Counted from the first letter of the stretch, positions 13,268 to 26,659 are shown. The stretch: 64,000 nucleotides of DNA from Octopus sinensis (GCF_006345805.1 NC_043006.1:84134001-84198000); one strand, 5' to 3'. Notes: a model not told the origin generated them from the sequence alone. Program-made: numbers and translations.

Positions 13268-13675
13268 ATCGCCTTAGTGGCATTTGTGCAAGTGCTAGTA
13301 GGGTGCTAATCCGAGTGTGATCGTTGCCAGAGCAGCCAACTGGCTTCTGTACCCGTGGCACATAAAAGGGCACCATTTGAGTGTGATCATTACCAACATC
13401 GCCTTACTGGCACCTCTGCTGGTGGCATGTGTAAAAAGATTCGAGCGAGGTCATTGCCAGTACCGCCTGACTGGCGCCTGTGCCGGTGGCACGTAAAAAG
13501 CACCCACTACACTCTCTGAGTGGTTGGCATTAGAAAGGGCATCCAGCTGTAGACACTCTGCCAAATCAAGATTGGAGCCTGGTACAGTCATCTGGTTCGC
13601 CAGCCCTCAGTCAAAATCGTCCAACCCATGCTAAAATGGAAAGCGGACGTTAAACGATGATGATGATGATGATGA
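13268..13675 (+). mobile_element. SINE family C with (GAT)n tail and internal tandem units
   Basis: gtggcacgtaaaaagcacccactacac...gaagggcatccagctgtag...ggacgttaaacgatgatgat; many copies in both orientations (e.g. 18468, 24306, 44860, 51703, 61021). Confidence 0.8.
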
Positions 13676-13796
13676 ATTGCCTCAGTTTTAACAATGTTAA
13701 GACACTGCTTCATTTAAAGTACTGTGTCTCAGTAATTATTTGGCTCTTTTGCACAGTATTTCTTTAAATAACTAGATTGTAGTATGCACTGACATA

Positions 13797-14111
13797 AGTG
13801 GTACTCTGTCTGTCACAGCAACGAGTATTCCAGTTGATCTGATCAGTGGAACAGCCTGTTTGTGAAATTAACGTGCAAGGGGTTGGTTGAATACTCCACA
13901 GATTTAGTTCTCGGGGAGATTCAGCATGACACAGAATGTGACAAGGCTGGTCCTTTGAAATACAGGTACAACTCATTTCTGCTAGCTGAATGGACTGGAA
14001 TAATGTGAAATAAAGTGTCTTGCTGAAGGACACAACACACCACTATGAATCGAACTCTCAACCTTACAATTGTGAGCCAAATACCTTAACCATTAAGCCA
14101 TCTGTTTTCAC
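13797..14111 (-). mobile_element. tRNA-derived SINE family E
   Basis: Homologous to 3616-4165 without the insertion; reverse B-box gaatcgaact near 14047. Confidence 0.75.
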
Positions 14112-14322
14112 TGACATAGCCATCGTAGAGCTAATGAACCTGTTGCTTAATGATATATTTACATCAGTGTAATCTTAATCTCTTCCTCCCTCCCTAAAGA
14201 AGTCTTATATAAGTAGGGGTTTTTTTTTTGCTACTAGAACCCTTCATTAACTGGAATTTTTTATGTCGACTATTGTTATAAACAGTTCAACTGAAAGAAC
14301 GTGAGATGACCCCCACTTAGGG

Positions 14323-14520
14323 CAAGCCGGACGAAATGCGTAGCCGTATTTCGTCTGCCATTACGTTCTGAGTTCAAATTCCGCCGAGGACGACTTTGCT
14401 TCCTCATCCTTTCGGGGTCGATAAATTAAGTACCAGTTACGCAGTGGGGTCGATATAATCGACTTAATCCGTTTGTCTGTCCCCTCTGTGTTTAGCCCCT
14501 TGTGGGTAATAAAGAAATAG
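14323..14520 (+). mobile_element. SINE family B, 5'-truncated
   Basis: gagttcaaattcc B-box, catcctttcggggtcgataaat central domain; high identity to 40235-40470. Confidence 0.8.
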
Positions 14521-14828
14521 GTTATTAGATGTTTATGTTCTCTATAGTGATTCATTTTTCAAATTAACTTTAAAGCAGCGCTTTAGAATTAAATATTAGA
14601 TGTCGCAAATTAATTTTATCAAAAGGATTGATGTTACTATTATTTTGAGTCTTTTTTTTTTTTAATAGTTTTATCCTCATAAAATATCTTACAGAAACAA
14701 CTTTTTTTGTCAATCCAAGGGAAATAACCGGAGATACTAGTTGAAGGGGAAGTAATCTCGTTAAGTTCTGCAATTTAATATTTTATGATTTAATTCGGTG
14801 ACGTTTATTTTTTTTGCTTTATTTTCAG

Positions 14829-14964
14829 AGGAGGTACTGCCATTATGCTTGACGAGAACCTACTTCGCTGTCGTACAGAAGAAACCGAAACGTTTGGCAA
14901 TCCACCTTTATGCTCTAGCAAAGATTTTGAATGTAAAGTAGTTGAGATATTTGGCTTCGAGTGA
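14829..14964 (+). CDS. TBC1D24: TBC1D24/skywalker-like protein, last coding exon
   Basis: ttttcag acceptor; first base completes the phase-2 Gly; GGTAIMLDENLLRCRTEETETFGNPPLCSSKDFECKVVEIFGFE then TGA (14962-14964); typical TLDc C-terminus (TF.NPPL...EV/IFGF). Confidence 0.93.
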
Positions 14965-16814
14965 ACCTAATTGCTGGTATTTCTGTGAAAGGTGTTCGAA
15001 CTGTAGAAAAGAAAAGAAAAAAAAACCTATGTATTGTAGTTTACCTTGGAATAAGTTACCGTTGGAATAAGTATGTCACGTACGGAACTATGAAAATGAG
15101 GGAGAGAAAAAGTAAAGAACATTCTTTCGCTTTAAGGAATTATTTATATATATATATTGTTTTTAACAATCCATAAAACTCGTTTCAAAATGTATTAATT
15201 GGTCTGAAAGTTTGATTTGTGAGTGACGATTCCCTTAAAGGTTTTTTTTTTTTGTTTTTTTTTAGAATTCAATGAATCCAATTTAATTGATTTGATATTC
15301 TTCTCAACTGTCTGTGATGTTACCTCCTCTTTACACTATAACAATGAGAACCCCTCTCACCTCCCATCCGTGATGTGTTCGCATTTTAGATGTGCTTATT
15401 GTGCAATTATTTATTATTTTAATTTTTTTTTTAACCCTACTTTCTAATTGAATGAAACTTGAATTTGGAAGTAACACACATACAACCAGCCCTATTTTTG
15501 AAATTTATGGATTTTTTTTTTTAACAAGTAATATTATATTCACCTTTCTTACTTCATGGTTTTATCTTAATTTATCCTCAATGTTTTATCTTTTTTTTTT
15601 TTTTTTTGTCAAAAAATAATTTTATCCTCATTGACTCCCTGCTTACCATTTCTCCTAATATACAACTGTTAGGAATTGCTTTTAGTTTTTGTTATTGTTC
15701 CTCTAAATTCTAAGAATAAATATTTGTAAGAGGAAAACAAAACATCCTAGCTTCATTTTTTTTTAATACAAATGTTAGCATTAATTTATAAGTATTATTA
15801 GTACATTACAATACCAATAGAACGAGAAGTGAGGTTTGCTGTGTGACATTCTGTTTCCGTGTATGGAAAAGTGAGGTTAGCTGTGTGTGACAGTGACAAA
15901 GTGAAGCTGCTTTCTGAAATTCTATGGTCAATGTGAAAAACAAAAATCAAAAGAGTTCTACTGCTGGTTTCTAGAAATCTTCAGACTTTCATTCTCTTAA
16001 TGTAGTATTTACATAGAATTTCTGTCTGAGGGTTAGCAAAAATCTAGTGGCAGATACCCATTTCAAAGACTGAAACTTCCTTGGATATTTTAGATTCATA
16101 TTACTTGTTTTGTTGGCATTAGTTTTGTTTTTACATGCTAGTTGGAGTTGGTTCAGAGCCTGGGTAGAAAATGGTAGCTAAATAGTGTTTTTGATTCAGG
16201 CATATTTATATTCTCAACTGCAGGCATTGCATTGCTTCTTGACTCTACATTACCCATCTAAGAATTCAGTGTTTTTACAATTTAAAAAAAATAAAGTAAG
16301 AAAGCAGTGGATGATAATTTTGGATGACTTAATACATTTTATGGTATTTTATTATTTTAATTTTGTATTTTTTTATATTTGCAATTGTTGAACATTAGCA
16401 TCATTGGTTACTGGTTTCCAGCAGGTTAATTAATCACTGGTTCACAGCATTTGTGACTGGGGGTGACAAGGGAGTGTTTGTAACTCAATGCAGAATATTG
16501 CCAAGGTATATGCACACAAACGTCTTCTGCACAGTATTTGTTAGTCAAATCTCATTCACATATTATTGGTCAGACTGAGCCGATTGTTGAAGATATTGCC
16601 CTCGTATGCAGCACACATTGGGGCCCGTATCCAGAACCACATGGCTGCGAAATTCTCTTAACTATGCAGTCTTACCTGTAGACCCCATTCATTTCAAATC
16701 CCACTGAAATTGACTTTGAGGAGGTGGAAGACAGAAAAATAAAATGTGTTAGTAAAGTTTTAGGCTACTTTAATCAACTATACCCTCACCACTATCACCA
16801 AACAAATTACTTAG

Positions 16815-18465
16815 TGGCATTCCTTTCATCCTTTCAGGGTCAATAAAATGAGTTCCAGTTAAGCACTGGGGTCAATGTAATCGACTGGTCCCCTCCACCA
16901 AAATATCAGATTTTTTTGTTTATAGTAGAAAAAAATTATTATTAAAGTGGTGTCATGGTAATGGAATTGTTAGCATGCTGGACAAAATGCTTAACAGCAT
17001 TTGAACATTGTGTTCAAGTTCCACTGGGTCAATTTTGTCTTTCATTCTTTTGAGGTCATGACTTCTCTCTTCCCTCAAAAACTGCTGCTCTTGTCTCAAA
17101 ATTTGAAGCCATTATTATTATTAAAACATGGTTGTATATCAGATAGAATAAGTAATGATTAGGCAGAATTAATAGTTCATCTGACAAAATGAATGATAGC
17201 TGGCTGAATTGTTGGTGTATGAGAAAAATGCATTTTGGGGATTTAGTAAAATGTTCCAAGTTCCTGATGTTGACTTTACCTTTCATATTTCTGGCATCAA
17301 TATTATATATATACCACTCACATACTGGGGTGTGATTTTATTCTTTACCTCCCCCAAATTAGTGATCTCCATTAGGAATAATTTTTACCCCTCACCTGAA
17401 CAAGATTGACAGAATCAGTTGAGCTTGGTCAAAATATCAGGCCATCTTTGTTTTCTGCTCTTTACATCCCAAGTCCCCCTACACTGCCAAAGTCAATTTT
17501 GCCTTTCATTCTACAGAAGTCGGTAAAATAAAGTGCCAGTTAAGTACAGGAAAGGCAGATTGTGAGGTTGATTTAATTGTCTGTCCTCCCCTACTAGATT
17601 TCTAGCCTTGTGCCTACATTAAATGTGATTAAGTCAGTTTTTTTCTTTTTTGTGTTTTAAGTTCAAGTCCCACCGAGGTCAATCTTTTTGTTCCTTCCAT
17701 AGTCAATGAAATAAAGATAAGTACTGAGATTAATACAATAGACCATTCCCTGTCAGCCTTTTGTTTATGTAGGAAATCATCATCATCATTATTATTAAGT
17801 TAAGATGGCAGAATCATTAGTATGCCAGGCAAAATCCTTAGCGGCATTTCGTCTGTATCTACATTCTGAGTTCAAATTCCGCTGAGGTTAACTTTGCTTT
17901 TCATCCCTTCAGAATCAATAAAATATGTATCAGTTGATCACTGGGGTTGATTTAATCAACTTAGCCCCTTCCCCTGAAATTGCTGGCCTTGTGCCAAAAT
18001 TTGAAACCCATTATTATTATTATTAAAGTGGCTGCTGGCAGGTTTGTTAGCACACTGGACAAATGTTTGGCGGCATTTCATCTGTCTTTTGTATTTTGTG
18101 TTTTAAGGTGGTGAGCTGGCAGAATCATTAGCATGCCAGGCAAAATAGTTAGCAATATTTTGTCTGCCTTTATGTTCTGAGTTCAAATTCCACTGTGGTT
18201 GAGTTTACCTTTCATCCTTTTGGGGTCGACAAAATAAGAATCAGCTGAGCATTAGGGTCAACGTAATCAACTTGTCCCCTCTCATGAAATTGATGGCATT
18301 GTGCCCAAATTTGAAACCAATATTTATTATTGGCAAGCTGTCAGACAAAACGTTTAGCTGCATTTCTTCTGGTTCTTCACAATCAATTCAAATTCTGCCT
18401 AGGTTAGCTTTGCCTTCCATCTTTTTGGTGTCAGTAAAATAATTCCCTTAAATTGCTGGCCTTGT
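16815..18465 (+). repeat. Head-to-tail cluster of decayed family-B-related SINEs
   Basis: About 7-8 same-orientation copies of gagttcaa...gcctttcatcc...aaattgctggccttgtg, several separated by (ATT)n. Confidence 0.7.
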
Positions 18466-21301
18466 ACATCATCATCATTGTTTAACATCCCTTTTCCATG
18501 CTAGCATGGGTTGGACAGTTCGACCAGGGTCTGAGAAGCCAGGTGGCTGCACCAGGCTCCAGTCTGATCTGGCAGTGTTTCTACAGCTGGATGCCCTTCT
18601 TAACGCCAATCACTCCGAGAGTGTAGTGGGTGCTTTTTTACATGCCACCGGCACAGGTGCCGGGGGAGGCTGGCAACGGCCATGATCGGTTGGTGCTTTT
18701 TACGTACCACCGGCACGGAAGCCAGTCAAGGCGGCAAAATTGCTACACCTATTATAGAGGACGTTAGATAGGCTGAATTCTTACAATGTCAAACAAAATG
18801 CTTTGCAGCTCTTCACCTCCTGAAATCAAACTCCACTGATGTCAGCTTTGCTTTTCATGGCGTTGGCTGCCCTAGAAATAATTTGTTTATTATTTATAGT
18901 ATTTCGAATTGTTTTTATTTATTAAGATAAAATTTTGATTTAATAGCAAGGCCAGATGTTATGATTAATCATTATCTTATCATCATCACTATTATCTTAA
19001 CTTCGCTATAACATGCAAGCATGGGTTGGATAGGTTTTTTTTTTTTTTACCAAGTACTGTTTTATGGCAGGATGCCCTTCCTGTGGCAACCCTTCAAAAA
19101 GAAAATTACCTTCTGGAAGATTTTATTTGTATATCTTTATTTTCCTCTTTGTAACTTAGGTTATTGCTAAAGACCGTTTATGCTTTAAATAGCACTCTAT
19201 CAATATAATGTGGGTGTGTGTGTGTGTTTATGTTCTCTGTGACCTACACAATTGTAGATTCCAAGCAAATTAGATTCAGGCTATGATACAAATCGTCTTC
19301 AGAGGATCCCTTTGAATTTACAGGGATACACATGGGATTTTAAATGCTAGTCATTTGACATCCAATTTAAGTCTAAGTCTCAACATACATATATATATAT
19401 GTGTATGTGTGTGTGTGTGTACAGACATGGCTGTGTAGTTAAGACCACATGGTTGAGCAGCAAGCCCTCTTAAGTTCAGTCCTACTGCATGACACCTTGG
19501 GCAGGTGTTTTCTGCTATAGCCACAAGCCGACCAGTACCTTGGTAGTGGATTCGGTAGCTGTATGTGTGTGTGCATGTGCATGCATGTCTGCACCTTGTA
19601 TAGATATGTGATGGCTGTAAATGAGCATCTCCATCATACAATGTCGTTAGTTCCCAGTCTTCTGTTGAAAACATGTCTGGCCATGGGAAAATATTACCTT
19701 GCTCGGAATCAGGTGGGGGTTAGTGACAAGGGTGTCTAGTCATGGAAAATCTGCTTCAAATTCCATCTGATCCATGCTAGCATAGAAAAGTAGATGTTAA
19801 AACAATGATGATGAAATTTTTATTTGAATATACAGAATTGACAAGATGAATAATGGCTGCTGTCATATTGTCATATAGAGACTGATTTTATATAATTATA
19901 AAGGTTTCTAACGTAAGCAAATCATCTAGATTTGGGGTAAGGGTGCAGTGGATTCTGTCTGACCCCTGAAGGATGACTGACAAAGTTGGCCATGGTGGGA
20001 TTAGAATGTGAAGGTCTGACTATGCCTTGAGACTCTTTGTGCAATACTTAAATTGATGCTGTAATGACAATAGTTATTTGGTCCTTTATTTTTATCTACC
20101 TCAGAAAGATGAAAATCTGATAATGATAATAATCCTTTCTATTACAGGCAGGTCTGAAATTTTGGGAGGGAGCACTAGTCAATTTCATTGACCCCAGTGT
20201 TTGATTGGCATTTATTTTCATCAACCCCAAAAGGATGAAAGGCAAAGTTAACCTCAGTGATATTTGAATAATTCAAGATAATAATAATGTTTTCTAATTT
20301 TTGCACAAGGCCAGCAGTTTTAGGGGAGGGTCTAAATCTCTTACATTTCCTTCAGTACTCGACTGATACTTATTTCATCGACCCTGAAAGGTTGAAAGGC
20401 AAGGTCAGCCTCAACAGAATTTGAACCCAGAATGTAAAGAGATGGAACAAATGCCACTAAACATTTTGTCTGATTCCTGATCCTGCCAGCTTACCACCTT
20501 AATAATAAATGGTGTCTCTGTTTATATATCCATCCATGTATGGGCATATCTAGCTACTTCCAAGTATGTTAGTCTAGGTCTCACATAGCAATAATAAGTA
20601 TGGGTTTGAGGTACATTTTTGTCAAATCTGCTTAGTTTTCTTTCAGAGTAGTATGAATACTGTCAACATGCTTTGACATTTTAAAAAATGAATTAAAGCA
20701 GAAAACTAAAATAAAAGATATATATCACTAGCCACTACATTCTTTATTTTCTCTCCTTGTTTCTTTCTGTAGAAGAATGTAGGCTCGGAACGTTAGACTT
20801 TTTCACTTCTCGAGTGTTGTTTGTTGTCTACTCCACCTGTCTTTGTCTTTTTTTGTGAATTCTCCCTAATATATATATATATATATATATAAGTTTGGTG
20901 TCTGGCTTCAAAATATGGTTATGTGGTTACATGGTAACTTTTGTCTAATTTGATGTTCCCCTCACCTCACTCTTTGTTTCATTTCTGAATACTTGCAAAT
21001 TGTGTACTAGTTTGATTTATTTCTCTGAGGTCATTTTTATAAACAAACATTGGAAACACCGAGTGAGTGGTATTTTAGAAATGAAGGAAATCTCAAATGC
21101 AGGAGAAAAACTGCATAAACTCTTCGGATGAGAAAAAAAAATGACCAGCAATCTGCTACAAAAAAAATGAACTGAAAGATACGAAGTTTTGTATCAGCTT
21201 GCTAGTCACATTTTTTTTTCCAATCTATAAAGATATTTTACCCAATCTTGTAAGCTGCTTTCACAGTGTTTCTCTGTGCATTCAAGATTTCCTTCAGTTC
21301 T

Positions 21302-21336
<35 letters not shown>

Positions 21337-22650
21337 TATCTTAAATCACATTTGATATGGGTTCTTACAATTTCATTATTAAAAAATATTCACCTAGAAC
21401 CACACAAAACAGAATTATTGTCCTGCTGTTAGAACTTTTATATTAAACTTGGTAAAAGATCCTTGTTTTTTTTTTTTTTTTGTATATGTGTCAAGAAAGA
21501 GAAGAGAGTTAAGGTGATGCAACACCATCTATATATACATACATATATAAGATATCCAAACGAGACTCCTTTTATTTTAATGTGTGTATAGAGACATACT
21601 CCTCTACCACTACCATGATTACTGCACTGTGGGCACATTAGATATATGCAGTTACACTCGTGTGTATTAAGCTTGCAATATATATGTATAAACAATAAAT
21701 TAAATAGAGAGATTCAGTTGACAAACCAATAATTTATATCATAAGATAACAATAAATCATTAAAAAACCAAAAGTACCAACAATTTGTTTCAACTTTTTA
21801 TACAATATTTGATTTATAAACAATTCAGTCCACTTACATGAGTCTCATCAGATGCAATTCCATGTGGAAAGATGGCTGGATTGTAAAAAAATTAATTCAA
21901 ATGCCTATGTATTATGAGCGTCAGCATTAACTTTCCAACTACATAACAATTGCAATTTAAAAAAATAATAACAGACAGAATAATTAAGTAAATAGAATCT
22001 ACAACTAAGTATATTTCTATATATCCCAAATAATATTAATCCAAACTTGTTTAGGTCAAAGACAATTTTTGGTTATTATAACATACAACAACGATATATA
22101 GGTATATAATATTAAGTATCAGGGTCTTAATTAATCTAGATATTGTAATAAAACATGTGAATAAATACAAATGATAATATATTATATTGGCAATATATAG
22201 CTCTTTTATTAAAAAAAATATATAACTTTATATAATGTGTGTATGCATGCACCCAGGCTCACAGTCTTCCACACACATGTAGCATATTGTCATATTACAC
22301 AAAAACAACTATATATATATATATATTAGTATAGTTTTCATGAAGCATCATCTCGTTAAAGCCTGAAAGAGACAGGCTTCTATTAGAGGCCCATGAAGCT
22401 TTGTCACATGGATCCAAATCAAACTGTTTTAATAATACATGTAACTCCTACTAAATGTGTTAAGTTTCCCTTTTCTTCCATTTATCCACTCATTTGTGTG
22501 TGTGTATGTATGTATGTTGGCAATTTCTTTGCCTCCTTTCCAATGAAGAGCTTATGCTTGAAATGTGAAACTCTCATTTTACCAAGCATCAAGCTAATAC
22601 ATTCCTCTTGTCGTCCATTGATTTTATTCGTTTATTTTTTAATTGACTAT

Positions 22651-22695
<45 letters not shown>

Positions 22696-23006
22696 ATATT
22701 ATAACTTTTTTTTTATAAACCAAAACAATGCAAGTTATAAAAGTTATACTGGTTGATAATTTTATCTGGTATTTCAAGGTTGGGACCCCTTCTTGAAATT
22801 TTTGGACAGAGAAGTCAGCAAATAACTTTTCTCCAAACCTTTCCCGAGGAATGGTTCCTCTAACTCTGAAATGTAATATCAGGTAAAACAATCAATCTGT
22901 TTTCTTTTTATAAATGCATTGCTTCAGCTTTCAGAAAAAAAATATACTCAAAAAACAAATGCCTCAAGAGCATGTTCTGTATAGCACTTAAGTTTTTCAT
23001 TTCCTT

Positions 23007-23059
<53 letters not shown>

Positions 23060-23569
23060 TCACCATTCCTATGCTTTTATACTTATCATTGTTTTACATA
23101 CATACAAATTAGTTGTTTACTTTCGTTCACCACCATCTTTAAACATCAACATTAATTTCTCACTGTGATAATTTTAAAAATTCTTTTTAATAAAAAAAAA
23201 AAAAAATACTTTTAGTTTTGTTTTTCTCTTGTGTTGCTATTTCTTTTGTTTTATATTTTATTTCTGACTATCTGTACAAATTAACCAGTTGGTTTAACTT
23301 GGTCTTTTGCAACCCTGGTGTCCCATTCTCTCTCTCTCTCTCTCTCACACACATATACACAAACAGGAGTGTTCTTTCGTCTGTGTGGCATCTTGGACTT
23401 TTTTTTATCATAACCTCCGTCAACTGATGCCTTACAAGTAGTGAAATTGGATAGACAGAAACTGTAGAAGCCTGTCAGTTGAACTATACTTGTAATTCAA
23501 AAAGGACCAACTTTTTGTCATTATGTCCTCACATGGCACCATACTGATTCTGTCCAAGGATTACATTAA

Positions 23570-24541
23570 CCCTTGAGCATTTAAACCATCCATGTCTGGC
23601 CTAGGGTAGTGAGCTGACAGAATTGTTAGCAGGCCAGGCAAAATGTCTTTATGTTCTGAGTTCAAATTCCACCAAAGTTGACTTTGCTTTTCATCCTGTT
23701 GGGCTCTATAAAATAAGTACCATGTGACCACTGGGGTCAATGCAATTGGCTTAACTACTGGGCATGAGTATAGAAATTGCTCCCTTTTGTCAAGCCAGTA
23801 TGGCAGAGTAGGCTTATCAAACCAGTATGATCTCAAGCCGTTCTTTGGTGGAGAGAACATGCTGAGGCCTTTGAGCTGCAGTGGACTGAACATGAGCAAT
23901 CCAATCCAAAAATGTCTGGTCTAAATATTTTACCAGTTTTATATCCAAACTGACCAGATCCAGCCTGCCACACCAACCCTAAAATATATCATTCTTAAAA
24001 TAATCACAATGTGGTTGGTATTTGGTAAGGCATTCAGCTGTAAAAACCATACCAAAACTGATGTCGCCTGTGCTGATGCCATGTAAAAGGCACTCAGTCT
24101 GCTCTATGGAGTGGTTGGCGTTAGGAATGGCATCCAGCCATAAAAACCATGTCAAAATGGATATAGGAGTCTGGTGTTGTCTTCTACCTGGATGGCCCCT
24201 GTCGAACCATCCAACCCATTCTAGCATGGAAGGCAGATGGTAAATGATGATAATCATCATCAGAATCTCAAAGTTATGAGATAATGCAAAGTCAATTCAC
24301 AACAATCATCATCATCATCATCATCGTTTAACGTCCGTTTTTCGTGCTAGCACAGGTTGGACGGTTCGACCGGGGTCTGGGAATCCAGGAGGCTGCACCA
24401 GGCTCCAGTCTGATCTGGCAGTGTTTCTACAGCTGGATGCCCTTCCCAATGCCAACCACTCCGTGAGTGTAGTGGGTGCTTTTACGTGCCACATGAATAA
24501 ATATGCATTACATTTCACAGAGTAATCTGAATGCTAAATGG
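23570..24541. mobile_element. piggyBac-type MITE with nested SINE B and two SINE C copies
   Basis: TTAA at 23566-23569 and 24542-24545; ends align in reverse to 8167-8387. Confidence 0.7.
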
Positions 24542-25370
24542 TTAAGATTACACTTGTCTGTGGAGTACACAGCCACTTACTTAAATACATACACAATGAT
24601 AAGCTGTTCAGTGGAGCAAACAACAAGAATACTCATTATCAAAATCGGTGGAGTTCCATTTGGATAAGTTTGTGCATTACCTATGTATACGTCCATTTCT
24701 TCATTTGTGTTTCAAGCAAATGGGTCCTTTCCCTTTGTTACCCTTTTGTTTGGGGTGTTTTTTTTTGGTACTTTTTTAATACAGAAATTTTGCTATGGCT
24801 TGTTGATGTTCCAAAGAAGCTTGGCAGTATACATGATGATGGTGGTGATGCCCCATGTTTATACATTGTTATTAAATATGCCTTATCTTAAAAAAAAAGA
24901 ACTGAAAGTATGTCCTTTGTTGTGGTTTGTATAAAGTATCCTGCCTGTGGAATAAAATGACAAAGTAAATGATATGCAAAAAAAGAAAAAACAGAAAAGC
25001 ACACAAACACATTCTTATCGTTTTGTTTTATGATTTTTAGCATGTTCATAATTTTTCAGACTATTAATTCATTTTCAGAAATGTTTTTTTTTTGTTTTTT
25101 TTTTCTTAGGCTCAGGTGTGGCTGTATAGTTAAGATGTTTGTCCACCCCACCATCTGGACAACCAATGTTGGTGTGTTTACATCCCCATAACTTAGCAGT
25201 TTGGCAGAAGAGACCAATAGAATAAGCACCAGTTTTACAAAGAATAAGTTTAGGGGTCTATTTCTTCAACAAAAGGTGGTGCTCCAGCATGACCACAGTC
25301 AATTGACTGAAACAAGTCATATATTCTTTTATTATATATATATTCTTTTGAATAAAAGAATATATATATA

Positions 25371-26455
25371 CATGGTGGGCCAAAAGTGACACTCCAATAC
25401 ATTTCACATATTCTAACACAATAGAATATAGTTTTGACTTATAAAAACGTTTAATATACCTTATAGTATATTCATTATCATCAACATTTAATGTCCGTTG
25501 TCCATGCTTGGATGGGTTGGACAATTTGACCAGGGCTGGCAAGCTGAGGGGATGCCCTTCCTAGTGCCAACCATTCTGAGAGTGTAATGCATGTTTTCAT
25601 GTGCCACCAGCATGGCTGCCTATTGCATGACACCAGTATCTGCCACAACTACAATTTCATTGCGTCCGTGAGGCCCAACACTCGGAAAGTGCTTTTTACG
25701 TGGGTTGTCCGGAAAGTTCTTGCCGATTTATAGTAGCTTACCTTTCAACTTATTTTAGAACATGGTTGAGTCCATAAAATAGGATTTGACTACACCTCCA
25801 TTTAGAGCACAGTTTAAGCTATCTTTTCGTGGAAGAAGGTTTATGTTCCTATAACCTGTGTTAATTCTGTAACCCTTTAAAATGGAAGATAAGAAAGTTC
25901 ATTTTCAGCACTTGATGGTTTGGGAACCAGACAAATATTGCTGCAGTTCGGCTGGGATGTGTTACCCCACCCTTCATATTCACCAGATATTGCTCCTTCG
26001 GATTTCCACTTATTCAGGTCTCTGCAGAATATCTTAATGGTAAAAATTTCAGTTCTTTGGTTGACATAAAAAGATACCCTGATGAATTCTTTGCCATGAA
26101 ACCACCTCAATTCTGGGAAGAGGGTATTTTCAAGTTAAAGGAAAGATGGAGATGCATTGTGCAACAAAATGGTTCATATTTGGTTGATTAAAAATGTGAT
26201 GGCAAGTATTTATTGACCTTTTTCTTTCCTTTAAAAATTGGCACGGACTTTCCAGACAACCAAATACTTACACATCAGTATTGGCTATATTTGATATATT
26301 ATTCATTTTGTTCATCATGTATAAGTACATGTGTATTCATCATTATTTTATTTAATTATTCATTATCTTATTCAATTTAAGAAAAGCTAAAGCATGTTTT
26401 TGACAATTCCAGAGCATATTGAACTTATTTTATGCATGACTTTTGGCCCGCCCTG
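25371..26455. mobile_element. Tc1-like MITE hosting a SINE C and a mariner derivative
   Basis: TA|catggtgggccaaaagt ... acttttggcccgccctg|TA inverted termini. Confidence 0.65.
25701..26264 (+). mobile_element. Internally deleted mariner transposon
   Basis: Inverted termini ggttgtccggaaagttcttgccgattt / aaattggcacggactttccagacaacc; N-terminal MEDKKVHFQHLM joined to GWDVLPHPSYSPDIAPSDFHLFRSLQN (mariner YSPDLAPSD motif). Confidence 0.88.
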
Positions 26456-26659
26456 TATATTATATAGGTTTGTGTCTCCTTGTCTTGACGTAGCATGGTA
26501 GTTGTAAATGAGTGTTGCTGTTGTTCATTTCCAATATTCTGCAAAAACATCGGGCCATGGAGACAGGTATGGGTTGGTGACCAGACGGACATCCAGCTGT
26601 AGAAAATCTACCTCAATAAACTCTGCTTGACTTAATGCAAGCATGGTAAAGTGGACATA

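Noticed and set aside
21812-21857. Minus-strand CTGATGA...GAAT hammerhead-like motif
   Set aside because: GAAA is altered and stems I and II do not pair convincingly; at best a dead remnant.
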